DNA of 64,000 nucleotides from Phallusia mammillata. Taxonomy: Eukaryota. The position numbers and the translations under genes were made by a program. Of this stretch, positions 10,601 through 21,900 are shown in pieces; position 1 is the stretch's first letter; each line of letters opens with the position of its first letter. The notes beneath the pieces were generated by a model. That model did not search any database and had not been told where the DNA came from. It was given only the letters and a program-made list of their open reading frames with translations. Location: NCBI GenBank assembly GCA_965637545.1, contig OZ281497.1:18786001-18850000 (forward strand). The letters are read 5' to 3'.

Positions 10601-12659
10601 TGTGTCGGATAAATAGCGCGCGGTGATCGTATGACTGACAGGTTGTATTTTGATCTAAAGGGCAAAGATTTTTCCTGATCTTTAATGGTTTGATGTGTGC
10701 GTGTATCCGGTTTTATGTGTTAAAAATCTCCGAGAATCTGTATTTGAACTCAAATCTGTGGCTGATTATGTGGCGACGTCTTTAAACACGCAACCCCCGC
10801 TTTAGCTAAGTTGAAAAACAAGTCGGAACAATACAAAACTCTTTGCTTGGCAAAAGTGCTTTGATACGTCATGACGTAATGTTTTTCAGAATTTTTAGAA
10901 GGCAGTGTGAAACCTTCAGTATATGTCGAATTTGCGTATTGTGTGTTGTGAATGTCACACAACAACACGGATACATATCTGTGGGTTGTTCGTGGGAATC
11001 TTAGTTGCCCTATTGTCTGCCCGGGACATAAATAACAGGCTTGACGTTCCCATAATAGAATCCGTAACAGCAATTTCGCGTCTTTCCTCAACCGTCAGGT
11101 TTCGTTTGAACGCGACGTCATTGCTCACCTTGGTAGTTTCAATAAATTAACAAAGGATAGAATGGTATGTAAATAACCAAAGCCAAATTCAACTTCTTCT
11201 CTTAACGTTTGTTATTTAATCCCGTCAAAGGTTGTCGGAACTTAAGTTCGTCTGCATTTCATCGGGTGGTCGGACACACAAAACCCCGGCAAACATGATA
11301 TCCGGGCAATCGTTAAGCTTGTCATGTTTCGGGTGGTTCATCATCCAAGGACAATACGTTGTATACATTTATGCTCGACTTTGACAAACATTCACGGCGC
11401 CCGTGTTTGCTGCCTGACACGTCGACGGAAATCTCACGTTTTGGTTAAATTTATTGACGATATCCATACTTATGTGGGAATCGCTATTGTGGTGTAATCA
11501 TGTGGAAATTGACGAATTAGGGACTGTCGTACTTCGTACTACACCAGTTAGCAGAACAAAGGATCAGAAATGCACATAGTCAAGTGCAGCGTGGCATACT
11601 ACGACTTTTTTATCTTGGCGTAATTTAATTGAAAGAAATGTCATTTAAAATGGTTTTTTTAGTTTATTTTTGTACCATTAAACTTTTACCTACATATAAG
11701 AGATGTAAAATTTTTGAACCGTATCAAAGTTTTGGCATGAGTTTTAGTATACAGTCGTATACCACAAGTATTACATTTGTGTTCGCTCAATTGTTTGGGA
11801 TAAATAAACAGCATGTACAAGATCAGACTTGCACCGTACCAGACAAACTGTTCACAAAATTCGAAATCTTGTCAAAACAACCCTGAAGTGGTAAGGCCTA
11901 AGGTTAGATACAAATCCCGGCCCCACTTGAGTCAAGCATCGTTGGCGAAAGCGTCAAGTGTCATCAACAACAACACTAATGTATGTGATTGTGTTGGCGC
12001 AGGTGCTCATACTTTCTCTAACTCCGTCGCTTCAAGTGACATTGTGTTCGCTGCTGGGGTTGTCGATAGGAGTTAATGCTGTGTTGATTATCGTCGCATA
12101 CCATCTTCGGACTGGAAAACCTAATAAGCTTGTTTAAACCTAATTTCAATAGTCACAAAGTTTTGTCGTCGGTACTATAGATATAAATCGCCATTAAACT
12201 GAATCCAAGGGCCAGAATTTTTTTCGTCATTGCTTTTTGCACAGTCCCTCTATGGTATTTGACTTGTTTTGGATACTAAACACTTTTATCGTGTTCAAAT
12301 GAGATATAGTGTTAAAATACCAACGCGTATTCGAAGTTAAAGATTTGGAACTTTCGCAACAGTTTACTCGAATAATCGCTAATCGAAACCTGTTTTCTTT
12401 TACAATCTTCCACCACCAGTGTGAGGGTACTTTATTAAGACATAGCACAAGCAATGTAAGTCTCAAGGGACGAGCTGTTATCTTCAGTTGCCTGCTGACC
12501 CAGCGGCAAAGAACGTAATTACTAGTTTCCACCAGAGGGAGTAGGAGAGTCATTTCGTATAACTTGCCGCTTGGGTTAATAATTTGTCTTATGCCCACGT
12601 TGAAGCGTCTTGGTTAACTGTTATTTGAAGCTTTAAACTTGTTATTAGTACACTATTAT

Positions 12660-13050
12660 TGCACCGAAGTTTCGGTTTACCGAAAAATTTCGACCGAATA
12701 TGCTGATTTGCCTATGTTTCGGTTTCCGCCCGAACGGTTTTGAAAATTCGGCCGAAACCGAACTTTTTTGTGTGAAAATAATCTCCAAGCTGTGAATATC
12801 GCCAATTCAAAAGATCATAACCCTACTAATTGTTTTACCAAAAAACACCATACAAGTTGTCGACAAACTGTTTGATGTTTTGTTTAGCTAATATATATTG
12901 TAAAAGTTGTTTTGGAGTGTAGTTTATCTACAATCCTGCATCAACAACACAAAAGGTTCAATTGAAAAACATCCATAAAAAGGGGATTTTAAGTTTGGCA
13001 TTGTGGCCATTAGGTTTCAGCCCGAACCTCTTAAAGTGCATGTTGCATGG
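12660..13050. mobile_element. Possible degenerate DNA-transposon remnant
   Basis: Clustered TTCGG/CCGAA motifs on both strands (gcaccgaagtttcggtttaccgaa...tttcggtttcc...ttcggccgaaaccgaac) resemble hAT subterminal arrays. No matching second TIR or TSD found. Confidence 0.3.
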
Positions 13051-16000
13051 GTTCGATGCAACAAAAGTCATTTAAAAAAACGCTTAATTTTTACACAAAC
13101 AAGAGAACCACAGGTGCATGACTATTACATCATCGTTCCCTCTTTTGGGCATTTTTTGTAAATAGATTTGGCTGGTTTTGAATATAATGTAAGTGCTAAA
13201 AGTCAAATCAATCTGTGACATCATAATTTGTGGTAGCGGAACTGGTACTTACGAAAACATGACGTTTATAGAAAGAATCACGACTATAATCCCTACTATC
13301 TTGTAACCCCACCTCATTACGTCATTCGATTTGCGGTTTCACCATAAATCGATCTTCGACAATTAAATGGGGGAAAAGTAACCGATGTTTGGGCCTAAAT
13401 TCCTCTCCTCTGGATTTACGTCACAGATTCACAGATTTTTATACCTGTGCCGTAATAAATCCCTTACGTCGGACTTTGTCAAAACAGCACGTCTCCACGG
13501 TTTCAGACTGCCAAAATAGCCGAGACCTAATCATTAACCCAATTTTACGATTTCCCGTGGCCACGTAAATTTCGTGGCGCAACTCTCACAACGACTCGTG
13601 CGATTTGTGTAACGCGCCCAAAGATTGTGACCATTGATCGTTGTGAATTGTCGCGAATTGCAAAGACTGCAAAAACAAACGCGTTTGTGTCAACCGTTTA
13701 ACGGCCTCGTCTAGAGTTCATTGACATGATCAGCCCTAAGCCGATGTTTTCTTTGGTTTTTATTCGCACGAAAAGGTAACGATAATATATCACCTGACTG
13801 CTGCACATTTACTTTTCAGCGCCTTGACCTAGTTGACGTTCAACCATTTTATGACAAAGTAAATGTCAAGGTTATTTTAATGCTGAAAGCGCTGCTGTAC
13901 AGTCGTAAGTCCTTTGTATCATTCCACTGACGCAGTTCTCTTTGTCAACGTGCAATCAACACAGACAATGTTTTCAAACAGAAATGTTACAATACATAAA
14001 TATCTCTCTGGGCGTCGATTTTTACTTCCCAGAGCTTTTTCATGTATGTGCAGATTTACTTCCGACTGTCTTCCTGTTAAAACCACGCAACTTTTCAAAA
14101 ATTAGTGGATTACGGCCGGTCATCATTCCTGCTTTGTTAAATGGAAACTTATCGCTGCTTTGACGGGTTTGTCACTTCAAAGCGCCGTTTATCCCATTAA
14201 TCACGACTTACAGCACGATAATTCTTAGATTGCCGGTCATTACAATGCCTTGGTTGTGTTCGTCAAACCGGATTCAGTTATTTTCTGTTCCTACTACCGC
14301 GATCTATCGCAATTTTTGTTTGTTATTTTTGGAGGTCAATTCCTAGCCAAAACTTACACTTGTAACTTATAAGAAGGTTCTGGAATTTGTTCAGTACTAA
14401 AAATTAACTGTGACACAGCATAGTTATTAAACAAGCATTGAATTTCCTCTTAAAAATATCGTTTTTATAGCCCTTTATTTGAAAACATTTACATTTTCCC
14501 TTTCAATAAAAGGTCTTAAATCGAGAGCCAATATTCGGTGGGTGTATATAAAAATCTTCAAAGGATTTTTCCGCCATACATCTGCCCTAGGTCCTGGTAC
14601 AAAGTAACGACGGTCTTCCACTTTTTGGTAAAAACATAACCACCGTGGTTTGTGATGTCATAAAGCAATCGTTCAGGGCCCGAATACTCGGTTTAAAGTT
14701 TTATCGGAATGGCGCACTTTATGAACATGCCTTCACTCCGTATTAAAGTTTTCTTGCGTGCAACACCGGTAAATTCGAACTGTTTAACAGCATTAAACTT
14801 GCCTGGGTTGGTTGTCACCGTATCACATAACGTGCTGCAGTTGGAGACGCCTTTTTCGCGTCTGGATTGTGATGAATGGCCAGAACAGGAATTATCTCAT
14901 TTGCCCGATCTTCTGTTAAACCTAATCCCTTAACAAGGGTACCCGTCCGGCCTGGTCCCGTTCCGAACAAAGCACGCTTTATGTGATGCCTGTATACATT
15001 TACTTACATAGGAGACGCTAATATTTTAAGCGTGCTGTAGATGACCCCACATGAGCATATCTGTAACATTTCACTAAACGTTTGAGATGTAATCGCTTGT
15101 TTCCACCGTTTCGTTCATTAAATTCTCATTAAGCTCGCTGGATTTGGCTTCCTTAACCGCATTGAAAGGGGGAAAGCGCTGGTTCTACGACCTTTCTCTC
15201 CGCGAAACGATTTTTCATCAAACTCTTCCACAAACCCGTATGAAATTTATGTAAAATTATAGCACAATCAACTCAGTGAGTAAAACATCTACTTATTTGT
15301 CGATCCACCCGCCATACATCCACCTTGTTATACTTTCCTCAAGTGTCGCCTAATTTAATCCACTCCATGCAATGAAATTATATCCGAATTAATTTTTCAT
15401 GGCACAGGTATAGATTGTCGCGTGCCAACAAGCACTTGAGACGTTCATTACGGTGGAGCGATAATGCCCACGCATATATAATACATTCGAGGCTGTTACT
15501 GGAACTCAAACGAGCCACTTGATGCGATGATGCTGTCATGCGTCAAAGCAACGACTTGGATTTGACTGGCGTATTGAAGGATTACCGTCAATGCGAGCCA
15601 GAAAACCACGAAAGTGATCGGAAAATGGGCGGAACTATTCCCTTCCTCGAAATGATACTGCCGCCACACGATTTTCGCATTAAAGTGAGCGGTTTGCAGG
15701 TAATGCATTATGAGCTGTCACGTACCTCCACATGCGGCAGCAAAGCTCACATAGCTACGCTCACAACTCGCATTGTTTGCTGCTGATGCAATGCAACTTG
15801 AAATAATATGCAAAGGCGACAGTTATCGCTACAGCGTTCTGCGATGACTTCATGTTCCCTTTTTGGACTCTAGTCTTTTTTGTGTAAGTTCTAGTTAAGT
15901 TGGAATGTTTCAATCGGACAGGCAATAGAGAGTAAAGAGGCAAAATTGATAGGTTGCCACAATTGCTTTCATGTCCATTGTTGTCGCAGGTGTGAACCAT

Positions 16001-18699
16001 GAGCCAAAGGGACAAATTAAACGCGCAAACTTGTCATTTTCACGACGACATGTCAAAATTGGTCGCGGCAGCCATAACATTTTATTTACCTGGTGGAAAT
16101 GAAAGTCGGGGGGCGTGTTTCAAAGGTCGAACCGTTCTTTGATATAATATATTAGCTCACCGTGTGTGGCTTTGATAAATATTTATGAGGTCTGCACTGT
16201 TGGCATTGTGTTTCCTAATTAATGTGTCAGATGCGAAGTTAGCGTTAGTGAATTGGGAATGAGAGGAAATCCGATCAAGGAAAATACAAACAAACTAGGA
16301 ATGTGTGAAATCAGGTCGTTGATAAATATTTAGTCGCCTACTATGGGTTGAATTGCATTCCAAACGATATTACTTGCAGAAATGGCACTAAAGCATCTAA
16401 CACTGTATTAGACTAATATGCTGAGGTGTGGTGGTTTCCCGGTATAGAATGGTGTTGAACATAAACAGCGTCGCAGCCCCCACAGACACTTAACGTGTAT
16501 CCATGCTCTGTACACCTTCTTTATACTGACGCATGATTGCGACTGACGAGCAGCGACGGTGGCACCTCGATGTCACGCTTTCATCCGACAAAAATTAGAG
16601 TGGAAATTACGGGACGCTTGGGTATAAGCGGGCAATTTGTCCAAATCGAGTTTGCGATCAAAGCAACGTAACCACCTTGACCCTGGATGTTTATTTTGCC
16701 TCGCAACAGCGGGAATACTTGCTCACGATAAAACGTTGAGGTGACACCTGAAAATTGAACTCCATTAGTGACATTAGACCGCATTAAACGCTTAGGCCAA
16801 TTCGACCAACGTCTGTGACTTTGGTCATGTGCACAAGTGTTCCAAAATGTCCTTCAAACCAACTCCAGCACTGTCTCTTGTTCCCTCTTCCGCCCTCAAA
16901 AGTCGTCGAGCATTTGGTGATGACACCCTTGGAAATCAACTTAACGTGTTTTCTGTGGGTGTGGAAGGTTTCATGTCTTGTCGGTTGCCACAACACGAAT
17001 GCTAATTAGGGATTTTCAATCAGTACTTATTCTTGTGTCAAAAAATACTCAAATAAAATAGCGTTAAGGATCGTTTCCAAAGAATTGTGTTAGTAAACAT
17101 AAATATTTCAGCTGCATTTCAATTGCAGCAGGATCCCACTTTTTCGTGTCATTACTGATAGAAATCGGAGGCATCTATATAGATAACCTTTTCGATGCCC
17201 TCAAACCGCATTTTGAACATTTTTCTCGGGTCGCCTTACGTTTGATCTTAATGCGGTACGGTCGTCGATCATCGGATGACCGCTTCGTATGCGTCGGGCA
17301 TTTAATTTGTCCCGGTTAAGGTCGGTCACATGAGCTTCCGCCGGTTGAACCCAGCAAGATCGATGTCTTCCTCTACACTGAATGCTGGCAGGAAAGTGCA
17401 GCGTGTGTTTACCTGCGGGTCACTTTTATGTTGACGAATGCGCGCGTGCCCGGACGATAACAGTCGGCAATTTGTTACATGGTTCAAGGCCAAGTTACTG
17501 GTAACAAATAGGTACGGCACGGACACGTCATTGACAGAAATGTGAAGCAGATTCGTCGTCACCTCATAAACAAACCAAACAATGGCCCTGTTGCAGCTCA
17601 CATTTGACTTCATCAAACGCTGAGATGGTAATCTTTGCACGGCTTCAATTTTTAGTCAGTGCGTTACGCAATTGGGTTGACGCTGTTTCCAGACAGATTC
17701 CAATCGTGATTTAAGCGATAGGTGGCCGCAGTCGTAATGATTTCTTTACAGCGCTGATGTTATCATGTGGCTTTTGCGCAGACAGTACTATCTATAAGTA
17801 TCAACATAGCCATTGCCGTGTGACTTGACATTTCAGAAAATCCTATTTGACGTTAGGTGGTAGTTTGATCGGTCAGTACGGTGATGCACGCTGACACACC
17901 ACAGATATTTCTTTTAGCGCAGATTTAACAGCCTGATCAATCGAGAAACCTTGCACGTTGTCGTTTGCCTAAGCGATTAGGTGACTAAACTTCAGTCGAT
18001 TTGCGACGGAGCACGCCACAACGTGTTTGCATAAACACCCCACCACTCGATAGCACCTGCTCGAGCTGGCAAATGCGAATTGTGCAAGTCCCGATGCTTT
18101 GTTGGCATCACGTTCGAAGGATAGCAACGCGGCGACTCACAAAGATGGATGGCCGCGATCCCTGTTTCGCGAGTCAATCAAAACTTTCGCGATTTGCTCG
18201 CAAATTCGCGTCGGCTGTTTGCGCTGCGTCTTGGCCCACTAATCGCGTCAAAGGCCCGTTCATCCGCGACCAACTTTCTTCGGCCCAATTTCGCCTGGTC
18301 ACGTGATCACACGTCGTTCATTGCCCGGCAGCCCACCAAATCACGTCGCGCGAAGTCGCAGTTGTCGAACCGCTATTATTCCATTGTTATGAAACGAGCC
18401 AGAAAACGTTAAGCCAGTATAGTATTGTGAGAGGTTACAGGTTCAGCTTAGTGCGTCTGTGTTGCTTCGGGATTTGTTCGAGCGCTCTAATAGGGATTTG
18501 ATGGTATAGCTTGGTGTGTGTCTTGGTGTAAAAGCAATAGGTCAGTGTAAAGTTTTCTTGACGAGAAATGTAGTGGAGAATGATATCCTTCAGACTATGA
18601 TCATGAAAAATAGAGTGATAGAAAAGCTTATTTTACTATGTCAGTTGAACAAACAGAAATTTGTTCATCCTAAAAGAAGTATAACTTGTGCTTACGTAA

Positions 18700-18960
18700 A
18701 AAGAGTAGTTTAGGTTTAGGCAATAGAGTCTTTCGCGGGAAAACACCGGTTGCCCGGGAAAGTATTGCGATTCTTTAAACGATGCCGTCCTGAAAAGTGA
18801 ATGAACGCTTACCTACGCGCTATTGTTTGAGCAGATGTTGTGACAGCGTACCTGTTGAAACAACCCAGGCTTTTACGGCGCCCGTTTGGTGCCGGAAGTT
18901 TATAATGGCGCGAAAACGCTTTGACAGTGGTTTCTATTCTTTGCGTGATCGCCTGTTGGT
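18700..18960 (+). promoter_or_regulatory. Promoter-like E2F/ETS motif cluster inside prickle intron 2
   Basis: TTTCGCGGGAAAA (18731-18743), CCGGAAGT (18892-18899) and GGCGCGAAAA (18907-18916). These lie downstream of a CG-rich block (about 17990-18420) that contains the E-box TCACGTGA. Followed by an ATG and a GTAAGC donor. Confidence 0.35.
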
Positions 18961-21900
18961 AAGCGAATACAACGCAGCTGCTCTGGGCTCTGTTAACGAG
19001 TGGTGGCTAGCAACAGCGCCGATCTCGATAGGTTAGTGTCAGATTGCAGCGCCATCGAACACAATGGTTGGCCGGCGAATTTTGTTGTTAACAGCGAGCG
19101 ATAACAAGCGTCGGTTTGATTGCCGCCAACCGAGCCTGAATATACACGAAGTAATCTAATCCACCTTTCCTTGTGTTAACAAGTTGCCAATCACCAGGTT
19201 GTTCGTGGTAGCCCGCCGTGTCAGCATTGTTAATGTAATTCGAACACACTTTAAGCACTAACGATCGCCAGGCACTGGCACCATGTATTTTTCGTCGAAA
19301 GTCGCCCGGATTTGGCATCCAATCTTTTTCCGACAAATTAAAATGCCAGCGTCCAAGCACTGTTTCGCAAATTTAACCACAAATGGCTGGTTCCCTGCCC
19401 CTCGCCACAATCGCCAAATGTTTTTTCTGCAACATTGATTTGAATAGCGCATTGAATTGAACGGATTTGCCCTGGTTGTATAGTTAAAAATACCGTTACT
19501 ATACATTATAACAAAAGCGACCATTTCGATGCCGTCTTTTGTTGGGCAAACCCGTCGTCTGGGGAAGGCGCCTGTCCATACTGTGGCTTTCTCATCCCAC
19601 ACAGTCTCTAATTTTGATGCTAATGGCACATCCGTGTGTGGTCCGTGACAACCTCCACCACGTTGTATACGGGAGGTTTGTCATCTCGACAAGGATCTAA
19701 ATTTCATTACCGGAGAAAGTGGCGTTGTTTAAGCGCTTGGCGCTTGGACAGATCGGTCGTTCCCCAAATAGCCGCTGCGCATGTCGGATTACTACCAAGA
19801 CTTCTCGAGAAAAACAACATGCATTGGCTTTGCACACGCAACAGGGCGTACTAGGCACCCACTTATCTGTGACAGCTGTTTTTCCACATTGAGAAGCTAA
19901 CCTATGCCGAGTGTCGAAAAATAAGATGCATGAGCTGCATTCAGGTGGAGTCCAGTTTGATGGGATCAGGCGAGTCTGATTTTATCGTATTCCGCCACGT
20001 TACGGCTTATCTGGACATCTCAGCGTTCTGTAACCCGGCATTTTTTACGTACCGCTCAAATACAAGCCCTTCTTGTACCTTGTACGCTCGTTTAAAACTA
20101 ATATTGTGGGTAGTTTGCGCACGACCTCCGATAACACCACAGGTTAATTACTCCGAGAACCAGGATTTATACAGAGCTTCTCCTCCACGCCAACATTACT
20201 ATATGCGAACCATAACGTCACAGGTTTCTGCGCGTGCCACTGCGGCATTCGGCGATAGCTGAAAGATAACGACGATCGATAAGCGGCTCGTTAGTGCAGA
20301 CCTCGCTCAAGTTGAAGGTCGTCAGCATTCCCGCGTACTTTGTCATTGCCCAGAAAAAAACTTGCTGCGCGGCCCATTCTCCACCACACAAGGTTGATCT
20401 AGGTTTTTGTTTACCAAGAGCAGAGATTTTAATGTGGTTTTACTCCAATGTGAAATCACTAACGCGTTTCTGATGGTGATGTGTCACGTGCTTAGCATCC
20501 GCTGTGGCGCGCTGCTTTCATCTTGTCGAACATGGTTATAACCAGCAATCATGTCCTTGTCTGTGCTTAAGCGGTGTGCCGTCTACTGTCGATCAATGCC
20601 GAAATCACAATATTGCGACAACACAGTACTTTACTGGTGTGTGTTTGCAGCTTGAAGCACTTCACAGAAACCACAACAAACAATTTACACGCCACGGACT
20701 GCGTTTGTTTTTCCATCGCGGCGTCGAATGTCGATTTAAACGTTGTTTTCCGTGCCATAATCAAATCATCGCAATAGCGATCTGATTGCAATGCTATCGC
20801 GCGACCCGTTTTGTTTTGGGAGTGGACGACCCAATTTTTGTAGATTAGAGTCGGCTTCCAGCGATTAAACAAGCAGGATTAGACCGACGGACGGAACCGA
20901 TTGAAAAGACGGGTGCGGGGAACGTAATGAACGCGCACGTGGTCTGCTGGCAATCGTGCGGCAGGACTCGATGGGACGCGCGCTTTCTGCGGGCTCCGTG
21001 GTAAAATTCAATGGAGTGTCATAAGTGCTTTTGTGTACATGTGACTTGTGAGTAGATGCTCTTTGTTGAAAAGGTTGTGGCAGTTTTTGTGTTGTGTAAG
21101 GAAAGTTAAAAGTACAATGGCATGGAATTTAAAATGAGGAAAAATATGGTGTTGCCGTTATGGAATTGAAAGGTCATAAGGGCGTCACTGAATATCCAAA
21201 AGTCTTAGGTGTATTTTTAGGCCAGGGTGTGTTCTTAAATCGACCCAGCTTGTACGTAAAATGACTCGCATTTACTGCGCCTCGCCTATACTTTCTGGGA
21301 TTCTGTACTTCGCGGAACCCTCACCTACAAATCTCATAATCAGGTGATGGGAAATGTCGTCATATTTAGCAGTAGCGACAATACATGCGGATTAGTTTTA
21401 GCTGACCACGGAATTCCCATACATTTTATGGCATTTGTTTCGCTTCGTGCCAGATTGTCTACCGAGAAGTTAGTGACAGAAATCGTTGTCTGGATGCCAA
21501 CATGCTGCTTCTTATAATACTTTTACAAAATACTTATCTGTTCTGTGTTGTGACGTCAGCAAAGGGCGGAGAGACAGGCAATCCGTGTTATTTGTGTTGT
21601 TCATAAATCGCTGTCTGTTTTTGACATCAATTACCGTGTTTGCAATCCGTAATCGATCCTTTATTTATCAAACAAACGATATTGTTACGTCAATAGTGGC
21701 GCCGCGCGAGATCTGTGTGCGACGAAGGTGGACGGTGGCGCGACATGGAGTGTTTACGCCTCCGATGTGCTGAAGCGCGAACAGTAGGAATTCTCAGCTT
21801 GTCGATTGAATAGTGACAGCTTCTCCGCGAAAGATGTAAACTGTGAGTGACAGGGCTCGCCACACCAGCCCAACCCTTGTTTGTTATTGTACCAGTCAGG

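Noticed and set aside
19088-19629. Two overlapping protein-looking minus-strand ORFs (123 and 90 aa) in the prickle intron
   Set aside because: No recognisable domain or splice structure; a few ORFs this long are expected by chance in 64 kb. The same applies to 10750-11091, 12227-12598, 32537-32914 and 42379-42732.
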